DNA of 64,000 nt from Dipteris shenzhenensis (taxonomy: Eukaryota). Below, piece by piece: positions 1-12,310 of the stretch. Numbering within the stretch: the stretch's first letter is position 1; every line of letters begins with the position of its first letter. The notes under the pieces were generated by a model. The model did not search any database. It had not been told where the DNA came from and saw only the letters and a program-made list of their open reading frames with translations. The stretch lies in NCBI GenBank assembly GCA_047967505.1, contig CM106538.1. One strand, written 5' to 3'. The translations under genes and the position numbers were made by a program.

Positions 1-1099
1 AGGTCATTGCAACAAAAATGGCTTGATGCCTAGCTCAAGTTATGAGGATGGGAGTAAGGTGGTGTTTGGTGTAGAGGGAGAAGTGGCTTGCATGGGCCAA
101 GAGAATTTGAAAGAGGAGAGAGGCTAGATGTGGAAGAAGAAGAGAGGGGGTTGGGGATACTTTTATAAGAAAGGAGGTGGGAGGGTGGAATTTAGTCAAC
201 ACTTCTGCACCCTAGAAAATTTCCACCTTTATGTAAGTAGGATAAATTGGATTTTCAAAGTCCCTTTTTTGTGTATAGGGGTTAGGACATGTACAACTTT
301 TAACATTTCATTGCCTGTAAATTTTCATGGATATGTCAATTGATTTTTTGTAAAAAGGAGAAATATTCAAGGTCTATGCTCTACACATTGATACCCATTG
401 CATGGCCTAATTCATTGTTTAATTGGGCATTTGGATCAAGAACATGACATTCCTAAGTTGGTAATTGAAGGTTTTGGTTGGATTATTGTTTTTGTCTATA
501 GTTGGAAATATTTTAGCTCTCTTAGCCTTTCAATGGTATGACAATAATAGTTTGTTTTTGTTCTTCACACATGCTTGTGCATGTCTACTTTTGCTTAAGA
601 TGCTAGTCTCTGCAATAATGGTACGTCATTTGAATGGTTCCAATGCTAGTATAGATATAAGGGGTGTCATCATTGTAGTATATTTGTTACTTAGGACCTC
701 GACTCATGGTTCGGTAAGAGCAAGTGTGAAAAGTAGAGGTTGCACATACTTGTATGAAATAGTGATTCATCAACATGGTTATGTAATGAAGGCTTTCACC
801 TCCATTGGGAGTTTAAGGTTTAGGAGGAGGTTTTAGTGTTCAAAAGGAGATCGGTGGGTTAGAAAGATGTTCTGGGGTTTATAATAGTGTACACGGTGTA
901 CTCATCTCCCTTATAGAAATGAATCATAAAAGTGATATCCTCACAAGTATTAAATACAACAATAGATTACACACTTTCTTATCAAATACATTAATCTTGT
1001 CAATAGAATTTGAGAGTTCTTTAGTCTCCTTTGCACCTCCGAACTCTCCGAAAGTTTGATTGCTTAATAATCTGCAAGATGCAATACAAGTGGACATCC

Positions 1100-1136
1100 T
1101 TGTTGCACTTGACACCCCTTTTCTCCATCTTCCTCC
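1100..1136 (-). mobile_element. Possible PPT/3'-LTR boundary of a decayed LTR retrotransposon
   Basis: On the minus strand a purine tract GGAGGAAGATGGAGAAAAGGGG is followed directly by TGTCAAGTG (TG at 1114). The other LTR end was not located. Confidence 0.3.
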
Positions 1137-3269
1137 TATGCATCCATTTATCCTACCTTCACATTTTCCTTCCCCTCAACTCCTGAAATTGTAATAACCA
1201 AACATTACAAAAGTTTTGGACTCAAAAAGGGGCCTTGTAACAGAGCACTCGGGCTAGTGACATGGAATGATGAGGTGAATAAAACTAACTAAAATATTGG
1301 ATAGTGGAGGGTAATAGAGCATTGGAAATGGATTGACTTCCCTATTTCTTTATTCAAAGGCCTTAAGTTTGATGTAGGCCTCCCACTTGCTACCTCCACT
1401 AAATCATCACGTTTCTCAATATTAACCAACTTGAAAAACCTAGCTCCTCAACAAACTTGCACCATTTGTCTTGAAACCAAATCCTCCCATCCACCTACTA
1501 CACTCCTATCATTCTCTATCATTTCTCTTCCCTCTCCCTCATTTTGGAACTCCATTTTGATTTTTAAAAACTCCACCCCTATTTTTGAATCTCTTCCTTT
1601 CTTTTGAGTGGGAGGCTCATATCTTTATTTTCCCAATCATGGGATGGAATCTCCTGCCAAAATCTCATCATTTCCCTTGTCTACATGCATTTCCTACCCA
1701 TTTCACTTTCATTCTTCCAAAACTTTCAAGATTTTGAATGAGATTTACCCCGACTTCTTCTTGCTCTATTTTGGGAACTTTTCTTTCAAATCTCAGCACT
1801 TCTCTCAATACCATGAATGATACAAGGTGTTTCAAGTCTAGAATGAGCTACTGGATGAGATTCTTTGAGAGAAGATGAAAGAAGATTGATTTTCAAGCAT
1901 TGCAATTGCTTATGCATGAAAATCAACCCATGTATCAACTGGTCTATGAGGGGGCATGATTTGAGAGCACTTGTGAAGTTTTGTGGCCTATCAAAGCAAC
2001 TTTCATGGAGGTGGAGTCTACGCTAGTGTTTACTATTCACGTGCTACATAGTGATGCTAGAGCCGATCATTTTATTACAACCCATCATTGAATAGAGCTT
2101 TGAGTTAAAGGAAGAATGACATTCTACTTTTCCTATCTATCTTTCAAGAGAGTCGAATATGTGTACCAGAAGTCAGATAGTCACATGTAGTTATGCTATA
2201 GAGCTCCTTGGGAATGCACATGTCTAGTTGCTTCTTTTGCTCTTGAAGTTGACCCATTGTTAATGCACTACCAGCTAAAGACTTGCTCATCTTCGGCAAG
2301 TAGCATATGGAGAGGATATGTATCTGTCATAGTCTATTAGTAGCCAAGCTCTTCTTTCACTATGATCTACTGGTTGCCTGCTCTAGCTACACATGTCTAC
2401 TACAACTTTTGGTCACCAAAACAAGCTTAAAAACTCAAAGATAAATCCAAGGCTATTGCACTTCTTATAGTGCCAACCTCTATGATCTATTGCATCCAAT
2501 GTGTGCAAATCAGACAACATTCCAATGTGCTTATTGAGGCTTCTTTTGCAATGATTATATGGAAAGGTTTCTTTAAGTTTTGGAGGATTTTCCTTGGAAG
2601 ACAAAAATCAAGAGGTAATATCTTTACTTTTCCCACCTTCAAAGCATATTTCCCAAAATTCCTTCTTCATGTGTCTACAAAGCCAAAAAAAAAAAGTCAA
2701 GAGGAAGATTAAAAAGACAAAGCCAAAGACTTGGTATTATGATGACTACGCAAAGTAATTAGGATTCTTTAATTTTATGAGTAAGAACATGCACTTATAT
2801 GGATGTGCTAATTTGTGAAGGTAAAGACACTACCCAAGTAAGTCTATAAGCTTGTGTTAAGGGCCCCTTGTGCATAATGTCCTTAGACGACATAGATAAA
2901 TTCAACAGGTAGGATTCCACATTGGTAATCTAAAATAATGTATGCATTAATGAAGAGAAACTTGTGGGAAGTAGTACAAGGGGATGATTTTTTCATGTTA
3001 GTTTGTTAAAAAGCTAAAATTTTATATTGGTGTCAAAATTTTGTATGCTCTAATAAAAATAAATGTTTGAAACATTCGCCAGGATTTAAAACTTTTGTGC
3101 AAAAAATCTTAAAATTTTGCTAGGATTTATATTTTTTACTTCAAAATTCAAAAGAAAATATATAAAAGCATATTACATTCTATAAATATTGCTAAACTAA
3201 AAGAATGTGCTCGATAAGATTTTGCCAAGATTATATATTAATATATAAGAATACGTTCGATAAAAACAT

Positions 3270-3440
3270 CCATGGACCGTCACCATCACAAGACACAATA
3301 GCTAGCCTAGGAGCACAGTGGAATGAGAAAAATGAAGCTGCATTAGGCATTATTGCACTTACATTGAGACATGATGTCATTCATCATATCATTGGTATTA
3401 TGGTAGCTAAGGCCACATGAGAAGAACTGAAAACATTATC
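3270..3440 (+). pseudogene. Copia gag fragment
   Basis: Translates AQWNEKNEAALGIIALTLRHDVIHHI...AKAT*EELKTL, matching the Copia gag pattern W..K...AL..I...L.D....H.....AK..WE.LK; stop in place of W. Confidence 0.5.
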
Positions 3441-6400
3441 ACTCAATAAAAGCACTCTAAAGAATGCTTACTCAATTTTAGGTCTAGGATGGAAAACACC
3501 TTAGACGATGTAGGAGTTGTAGAAGGAAAGAGGTATACATTTCTGACTCAGTAGACTACTAAAAGAAATACCCTATGGCTTCATGAAGCAATAGACTACA
3601 AAGTAAGAGGCATAGCATTACAGAATTTTTGGACTCAAAAAGGGCCTCTTGGATTAAGTCCTTAAGATTTGTGATTAGCAAACCAACCAATGGGAAGGCT
3701 TGGGCATTCAGAGAATGGAGAATTCCATATTGGCCTCTCATTGGTGGAGATAATTCCCTTGGTCCCCACTAGCTTCCCATTTGCCTCCCTCTTGTCCCCA
3801 CCACATCCTGGGGCATTTGCTCCCCCCCTTGACTCTTGGCATGGTCCCCTACACTGCCTTGGAGTCCCCCAAAACTATCCCCATTGACTCAAAATCTTCC
3901 TCTCAACCTCTACCTCATCTCAACCTCCTCTTAGCTGTCTTGTCCTCCTCTCAAACTTCTCTCAACCTTCTCCATTCAACCTTCCTTCAACGGGTGGAAG
4001 CACATTAACTCGCTATGATTTTGGTGCTTTTTAGCATTGACAAGATATCATGAGTTAAAAGCACACACATTTGAGAATGATTCATATCCATTTGATACTT
4101 CTATTTTATGAAATAATATTTAAGAGTACACGAATAATCGTAACAAGGCATGGCCTTGCTCTTGACTGCATGCAATTGACGTTGAACGAGAGTTGAGAGC
4201 CTTAGTTAGTGCTCAACAAGCTCAAAAAGAATGAGGGGGGTGTAACAGTTGATGTGCTTGCATGAGCTATGATCATCATGGTTGGGAAGGGAAGGAGTGG
4301 GGGGCATGGGCTCCATAGCTCTAGGAGTAGGAGAGAACAAGTTGGAGGGAAGCTAAAGCCACCTCCAGTTCCAGTTTAAAAGAACAATGCCTAGAGAAAA
4401 GAGCAAGCTGCTCTTGTGGACTTGTCAGAAGAACAGGAAGCATTAGAGCTAGAGGTTCACCTGAAAGCACAAGACAAAACCCCTCCAAAGAGGAGGAGAT
4501 TCAACATGCAAGCCTTTTACATAGTTGGTTCATCCTTTTTTTGTTCCTATTTGTTTTTTCTCTATGGCTCTTCTCATATCATTTATACACTTCAACATGT
4601 CTCATTCTGTGTTCACGGTGATGGAAAGCTCTCAAACTAGAGTATCCAAATCAAAGGAACCTGTGCCTTATGAAGGAGTATTTTCATGCTGAATATAGCC
4701 TTAGTTTGATGGGAGCTGATCCCAAAACCTTGAAGGAGATTGATTTGTCAAAAAGGGAGTGGTCAGGCATATTTAAAACTCCCAGAGATCTGTTTGTGTA
4801 TAGAATTAAGTGTAGTAGTGTTTGTCCTAAAGCATACAAGGATTTCCTTCTTTTCCATAATAAGGTGTAGCAAAAACAGTGCCCTATTAACAAGGAGGTC
4901 ACAATGGCCTTTGCAAGGGCACACACAAATAGTTTAGCCAGAGCAAGGCAGTTTAGTTGATTTTTCATGGGCAATTTTTGCAGAGAGCAGCACGTCAAGG
5001 AGTTGAAGAAAAGTTGATATTTTGAGAGCCACACAATCAAGTGGAAGAAAAATAATGAAGGATCTTTTGCAATCCATGATGATGAGGAATACTATGTTCA
5101 AGATGGCATTCCTTGAAGATGAGAGGGCTTGTCTTGAAGAAACCCCCATATCAAGTATACAATGTACAAGGCATGGCAAGAAAAATAGGGGTCGTATGCT
5201 CGTCATATGACTATTGGCCACCCACATGTAGAGGAAGAAATTATTTCTCTACTTGATCACTTGGATGTTGAACTTAAAGCTATTGGATAGGAATTGGAGA
5301 GGGAAAACACTTCATTAATAGATGCAATTGTTAAGAAGTCTAGGAGTCGGGAAACTATAAGTGCAGTTGTCAAGCAACTTAGAGTAGAGAAGGAGGAAGC
5401 GAAGATTGAACTACAATCCTTGCAACTAGACTCTATAGATACAAAGAGGATGTTTGAGTTTCATTTGACAATTGAAAATCTCTCTAAGACCTTGACACGC
5501 TTGGTTGGACACTGAACATGTTGAAAACAAAGCGTTTGATGCCCAGGCATGTGCATTGGACTTTGATTGTCACTAGTCTCATCTTGAGTTGCAAATGTAT
5601 ATATTCATTATGTTTCTAAGACTTGCTCCATGTTGTATCATGTTTGTAGGCTATAGCTGAGATGCACTTAGAGCACTTGTCAGAGTTTGGAGGTCAACAT
5701 ACTCTGGCTTTGCAGATGCTACATGACTTGAAGAGCAAGGGACATGCACGGTTTGTACCTTCCCCTCCTCAACCTTGATGTGTAGTAAAGGACCAAGTCA
5801 ATGTCTCAGGCTAATGCAGAGATTGTGGGATGGCCCTTGAGTGTGAGAACATATTACTTGTGAGAACAATGTGGTTGTCAAGTTGGGAAGAAGAAGAAGT
5901 CCACTTTTACTTCTCTACTTGAACCTTCGAAGAGACAAAATATGCCATCTAGTACAATGGAGGATGTAACGATGGCTAAGAATGTTGTTAAACCATGTGC
6001 ATGCAAGAAGTTGTGATGTACACACTCTATCTTGTTGTTCAGGTCCATGCCAGAGTGGAACCAAGTGCTCAGCCCATGTGGCATTCTTCTACTTTTGAAA
6101 ACCTATAAGCAGTCTAGTAGATCATGTGACTTGGTCTCCTATAGTTGTAAGGACTCCTTAGTCTTGTTTATAAATGATAAATAAAATAATGTGTTTTGAG
6201 GAAAAACCTCATAATATTGTTCTCTTACCATAGCAACCCCCATTTGACATTTATTGAAAGCTAACTAGCTTATATTCTATGGTACTTTACTTATTGGACT
6301 AGATATTCTACTTAGTGCACAAGTTATAATATTGGGCGCACACTGGTATACTTATGGTCCCAACTACCCTATGTTAGTTAGCATTCATGTTGAGAGTTAA

Positions 6401-6753
6401 CCTACCAAACTTCTACTCATGCTAGTTAGATAAGTTGTAAGCTAATGTTTTATTAGAAACATACTAGTTAGAGGAACTCACTTCTTTCAGCTTTCATTGT
6501 TGGATTGTTGTTAATTGTAGATCCATCAATGTGTAACAGAGCTGCACACTCTGCAACTCTAGAGTTGCAAGACAAAATTGCAAAAAAGGTTGACAACATT
6601 GTGAGAGACCTTATAAATCTAGGGTATGACCCACAAGATATTGCAACTACAGATCTAAGTTGCATTAATTCGCCCGTTTTTTTAAAAGCTCGAAAAAACG
6701 ATCAAATTCACATTTTTTGCGATTTAAAATGCATAAACTAATTTTTCCTATTT

Positions 6754-6972
6754 TATTCATACCAATAAGTTATTTGTATGAATAATGTAGTATTCATACT
6801 GTAGCATTACATGGCAAAGCCACTTCTAAATTGCAGGCCATTTTAGCAAGGCAGTTGGCTAGAGAGCTTAGGACATGAATTACTTATTTGTATGAATAAC
6901 TACAGTGTATTTGTATGAATAAATAAAGTATAAAAATAGAACTTACTCCCATTTTTGTATTCATATGAATAC
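6754..6972. repeat. Cluster of TATTCATAC/GTATGAATA motifs in both orientations (candidate transposase-binding subterminal repeats)
   Basis: About 6-7 copies near 6754, 6776, 6791, 6890, 6913 and 6958, close to the left end of the insert. Confidence 0.6.
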
Positions 6973-7109
6973 TGCCACTTGCCTTCCTTGCCACCTAAAC
7001 TACATGCTTGCTAATCTTACCTACCTCCTACTTGCTTATGTTACCTGCCATATTACCTTACCAACTAGGTCACCCACCCTTCATAGGTAACTTGTTCTCT
7101 TTTGTCTAA

Positions 7110-7920
7110 GATTGGCACTCATCTCTCTTGCGAGATTTGTGTGTTGTAGTCTTTTTTAATTAATTAATGTTTGTTTTGTTTTGTGTTTTAGACTGGCACT
7201 CATCTCTCTTATGAGAGTTGTGTGTTACAGTCTTTTTTATTAATTGGTGTTTGTTTTGTATTGTGTTTTAGAACGGCACTCATCTCTCTTGCAAGAGTTG
7301 TGTGTTGTAGTCTTTTTTTATTGATTAATGTTTGTTTTGTATTGTGTTTTATACTAGCACTCATTTCTCTTGTGAGAGTTGTGTGCCTCAGTAATTTTTT
7401 TACTTATTAATATTTATTTTCTTTTGTGTTTTAGACACTTGCAGTCATCTCTTTTGCGAGAGTTGTGTGCTGTATTTTTTTTAAATTTATTAATGTTTGT
7501 CTTGTTTTGTGTTTAAGACGGACGCTCATCTCTCCTGCGAGAGTTGTGTGTTGCAATTTCAGTTTCTATATAAAGAGTTGTTATTATTTGAGGTTGGAAC
7601 TCATCTCTCTTGAGAGAGTTGTGTGTTGAAGTCTCACTTTTGATAGACATGTTTGTTTGTAGGATCTCTTAGTCTGGCACTCATCTCTCTTACAAGAGAT
7701 GCGTGATGCAGTCTAAGCTTAGCAATGTTTTCATAGATGCTTACTCTGACACTCATCTCTCTCTATGCAGTCTAACCTTAGAGATGTTTTCATAGACACT
7801 TATTTTGGCACTCATCTCTCTCTTGAGAGTTAAGTGATGTAGTCTACATTTGATATCATGCGATGTACTCATGGACACTTAGTCTGGCAATCAACTATCC
7901 CTTGATAGTTGTGTGTTGCT
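7110..7920 (+). repeat. Tandem array of about 11 units, ~80-bp period, quasi-palindromic core CACTCATCTCTC-TTGC-GAGAGTTGTGTG
   Basis: Core starts at 7116, 7197, 7277, 7358, 7442, 7523, 7598, 7678, 7750, 7809 and 7888. Confidence 0.9.
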
Positions 7921-7925
7921 GTTGA

Positions 7926-9801
7926 AGCCTAGTGTTAGATGTGAAGAAATGGTTAGTCAGTGTTCCATTTTCTAATCCGACAATGCTATTGAGGTTTGTG
8001 GGACAGGAACAACGGAATGTATGGATACATTTTGACTCAGCATTCAACTGCAAAAATGTATAAGACATTGTATGTCTGAGAAAGAATGGAGAAGGACCAA
8101 GAATGTCGATAAATTCAGACTTGAAAGAGCAGATGCAAAGGGAAATCGAAGACCATTCAAAGACAAAGAATGAGCTAAGGAGAGCAAGAATGAAGAGAAC
8201 CATTCTTGGAGAGAGACAACGAAGCAAGAGAATTTGAAACATTGTGGAGTTGAAAGCTAGCACTGGAGGATGTAAGCGCAAAGTACAAAAAGCAAGGTAA
8301 GAGTACATCTTGTTTAGCCATTGTATTTGTATATGTGTGTTTGTCTTGCAAGAAAATCTATAATATTACAAAGTGTACTTGTTGCAGGGAAATTTTAGGA
8401 CCTGAGAAAGAAAACATTGATCCTAATTTAATTCCCATCAAACAAATGAAGGGTTTAGTCTCCACTATTGTTGCAAAGAACATGATGGAGGAAAATAAGT
8501 TTAAGAAGGTGAAACATGAAGTTCTTGAAGACTTTGTATCAGAAAGTAAAGTTGATGTCACGAAAATTCAAGAGGCTCTTGATGTGAGCAGAGTGAGCAA
8601 AAAGGGATATGGTTCAATATTTAGAGTTTTGTCATCAACATTAAAATATCAATGGATAAAAAATGTGTTGTTACCAACACCAAGTGTGGAAGGAATGTGG
8701 TCATCTCAACCAAGAAACTGATAAGTTTATTGGACAATATTTTCATATCGAAAGTGTATATGAAAGTGAAAAGGGAAGCACTACATATAATGCTTGGAAT
8801 AATATTTTTGTAGATCTTGAACAATTGCAGAGGCTTATGGTTGAGTTCTATAGTATCACATTTGAAGAATGTAAAGGAGTTTTGAAGTTTTTTGTGAAGC
8901 TCGATGAGTGTGAAATCATCAAGGAAAAAAAGATAGAGAGAGTTTCTATCACTTTGATGAATTGAGCACTTGATCAAGCGATCATGAAGTCTGGCTCAAA
9001 GTACTTTAGTGTCCAATCAAAAAAGCACGTATGGTGGTTGGGCGCATTTGAGGTATGTAAACTATCTCCTTCCAAATTAGTCTTTGCTCGAAATGTAATA
9101 AATTTTATATCATATATCTTGCAAACCTGTGGTTTTAAATTATAGGTGAAGAATGAGGACCATGCAGTACTTTATTGGGTATTGCAGTACTTTATTGTGT
9201 ATTTCATCAAATAGATGTACCATCAATTATCAAGAGTCAAGTCCAAGAATGCCATCTTCATGTTCCAGTGAAGGGTGATTTTCAAATCGAATGGCATATG
9301 GCAGGTGACCTGAAGACACTAAAGTGTATGTTCAATATAAGCAAATGGGGTAACTCAAAATCTCCTTGCTTGTACTACAATGAACTAGCTCATGTCCTAG
9401 ATTCTAAATGGTGGAAAAGAGCACCCAATAGAGATAAAGTAGGTACAAATTTCAAAGCAGTTCTTGAGATCCCATTATGCAATGTTCACATTTGTACATT
9501 GCATGCATTATGTAGGATCATTGAGAAAGTTGTTTTCCTATATATTGGATTTGCATGGAAACTTTGCCCTGAGAGCAAAAGAAAAGAGGCACTATAGTCA
9601 TTAGAAGCAGTGCTATTAGAAATTGGTCTCCATGGAGGAGATGTACATATTACAAAGGATCTTAAAAAATCTACAAATGGAAAAGATGTTTCCATCAAGC
9701 TATCTATTGGTGGAGTAAAGGCTAGAAGATTTCTGTCTCATCCAAAGAAAAGAAAAATAAATGGCAGTAAAACAACATACGTATCAAGGATAAAGTATAA
9801 C
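7926..9801 (+). pseudogene. RAG1-core/Transib-like DDE transposase, intron-containing, frameshifted, C-terminally truncated
   Basis: Colinear motifs VSKKGYGSIFRVL...LLPTP, VKLDE...EKKIERVSITLM (D at 8903), QS...L...EDHAVL, AGDLKTL...SPCLY (D at 9307), CTLHAL and GGVKARRFL. GT-AG introns at 8297-8387 and 9053-9145. Frameshift near 8680 and a 20-bp duplication near 9163-9202. Confidence 0.75.
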
Positions 9802-10869
9802 TTGCATTGTACATCATACAACAAGACGTACTCTTTTCCCTCAATATTGAATGAGGGAAGAATGGGAACAGTGAGGTCAGAGCTCTCAGCCTCAACATGA
9901 TCCACTATGGTAGCATCTCTTAGGGTCTCATTTTTTAAGGCCACTAGGTCCACCAATGCTATAACTGCAAGCTCCTCCTCTGTCGGGTTGATCTTCTCTT
10001 CCACTTCTAATAGGTCTGACTTTTCCTTTGTTTCTTCTTCCTCATCGCTATCCTTTGGGTCCTCAACTGATTCATCAACATAGTGTACATACATGGCAAA
10101 TGCAAGTGCTTCTTCAAGTATCCTACAATTGCCCTGGTGTACAGTGCATATTCCCTTGTGGTAGTCTTCAAAACTGTCAAATAGCTTGTGCATTTGATAC
10201 CTTATCCTGTCATTTGCATATCCTTGACATGTACAAAAGTCTTGCTATTGACAACTTTTGATCCTTCAACTGTAAGCTTGTGGAAGGATTCATACATCTC
10301 TCTAAGAAAATGCTTGTGATGTGTTAGAAGAGACTGCAAATCTAGCTTCTTATTGAACATATCATGGTATTTGTGATAGTACATTTGGCATTTTGACTTC
10401 TACAGAAATTCAAAGAACTACAGTTGGGGTGACTTCTTTTCCTCCTTCCCCTTTCCCTTAGCAACTGACTGTCCACCTTTGTAAACCCTTGTCATTGGGA
10501 TTTCTTCTCTTGACTGCATCATACAAAATAAAAAATGAGTCTTGCACATATAGCTAAAAAGAAACAAAAGCACTCATACATAAATTCTTACCTAGAGATT
10601 CCTCCTCCTTTATAGCATAAGTTGAGAGGTCAATGGTCTTCCTAAAAGGTCTTGGTGCATCACCTGCATCACCTAGATGGTTAGCTCCTCCTCTTTGAAA
10701 GTTTTTAGAAAAACGTGATATGATTGTCTTTATAATTAAATCAAGTAAATCTACAAGATAGTTGTCTTGATCATTCAAAAGATGAAGCAAATGCCTATAA
10801 TAGCTGATGTAGTAGAATTAGATAGATCAAGAAGCCACTTGAAAAGGTAGATCAAGATTCTGGTGTATT

Positions 10870-12300
10870 TAAGTACCTGTATCCTTTCTCTCCATGGCTT
10901 TTGCACAAGTATAGGTAGGTGGGGATGATGATGGGAGAAAAGCAAGGTCTAAAATATTGTCCAGATGAAGATGAGGAAGAAGATGAAGATTCAAAACTAT
11001 TGAATGGATGGAGAAAAGTGAAGATAAGAGGAGATGGCAAAGATATCTATTCAAGTCACACTTGTCAGCCACACATGCCAAAACTGGTCTTCAAGGTACT
11101 ATATTTAAAAAATCTAGTGATTGCATGCACCTATTTTAGATCAAGTTGCCAGATTTAATCGTTCCCTTTGTCATCTCCATCTCTAGTTTCATCTTCCTCC
11201 CTACACGCTTGTGACAGACAACCTTAACAACTCTATTACACTGACCCAATATGTACAGCTTCAACTCCTTTCCCTAGACCCACTACAGCTCTATCTCATC
11301 CCATCAAGATGACACCCATCAAACTGTTATCCCACCACAACCTCACCAGCTCTATCACATTGACCCACTACAGCTCAAGATAAATCAAGCTAAAAAACCA
11401 TTAAGCTATCACCCATCAAGCTCTTCTCAAGCTGATACATACTAATAAGGTTAGTACCTTTTGTAAACTAGTCTTTGTTAAACATTCTATAGACTCTTGC
11501 AGAACAATTTGCTAAAAAACATGATATTCATGTTTCTTCAGGAAAAGTGCTTCAAATCACATTTTTAATCAAATTCTTGCACACCTAGCATGTTTTGCTA
11601 ATAAACGCGATATAGGGTGTTTTTATGGAAAAGAGCCTCAAATCGTGTTTTCTAGAAAAAAAGTTATCCTCTATGTGCTGTGTCACTGGCACCTAAGGAA
11701 AGGTGAGGTCTACACAATCACAAATCAAGAAGACACTACTGCCCACAAACATAGAAGATTCCTAAGTGGTATATATGAGTACCTGGATTTGTTCTATCCA
11801 TGGTTGGCCCTGGTGACTTGTCTATGGCTCTTGCATAGGTGCAGTAAGGGGGGGGTTGGGGGGATGATGGGAGTAAGGGGGGGGATGATGGCAGTGATGC
11901 AGATAAGGATGTGGTGAAGGGATGGAGGAAAGTGTAGATCAAAACTACTAGAGGGATGGAGAAAAGTGTAGATAAAAGGAAAGGGCATAGTTTTCAATGA
12001 ATGACACATCTATCTTGTCAGCCACACATGTGGAAAATGGTCTTCTAGGTATTTGTGCATTTATTTCCTCATGACTGCTTGCATAGATTTTGAGACAAAA
12101 TCGCTTCTAAGTTTCATCTCCCTATCTCCAGTTTCAGTTGCTCCAACCTCACTACCTCACCAACTCTAGCTCCAACCTCACTACCTCACCACCTCCATCA
12201 CAGAGTCCCACTGCAACTCCAACTCCAACCTCACTAGCTCCATCACCCACTATAGCTCTAGCCACAACCTCCCCAGCTCCATCTCACACCTCCCTAGCTC
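10870..12300. repeat. Diverged ~900-bp-period direct duplication of the gene X start and upstream region
   Basis: GGATGGAGAAAAGTG and CTTGTCAGCCACACATG occur near 11006/11061 and 11955/12014. The minus-strand starts MERKDTGT (10895) and MDRTNPGT (11801) are paralogous. Confidence 0.7.
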
Positions 12301-12310
12301 TGATCTCAAA

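Larger units (their letters stand above)
6667..9801 (+). mobile_element. Truncated RAG1/Transib-like DNA transposon fragment
   Basis: Flanked by TTGCATT at 6660-6666 and 9802-9808. Contains subterminal-type repeats, a tandem array and a transposase cut off mid-CDS. No TIRs visible. Confidence 0.65.
6464..10895 (-). pseudogene. Unknown TE-associated gene ('gene X'), split by the 6667-9801 insertion
   Basis: ATG at 10895 (MERKDTGT...), GTAAG donor at 10591, ORF pieces 10554-10790, 10202-10384 and 9738-10193 (acidic tract). Removing 6667-9808 continues the frame as ...YVLLYDVQC-NLDL*LQYLVGHTLDL*GLSQ... to a stop at 6464; the internal stops are explicable as C>T changes. Confidence 0.5.

Noticed and set aside
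1200-6110. Decayed ORFs with coiled-coil and Cys-rich, possibly RING-like, pieces (~4640-6110)
   Set aside because: Probably retroelement accessory remnants, but too degraded to assign or bound.
7110-7920. CRISPR-like array
   Set aside because: The spacers are homologous to each other, the context is eukaryotic and there are no cas genes.
9738-10193. Convergent ORF abutting the RAG1-like gene as a RAG2-like partner
   Set aside because: No kelch or PHD features; it continues in frame on the far side of the TTGCATT-flanked insert, so the adjacency is an insertion accident.
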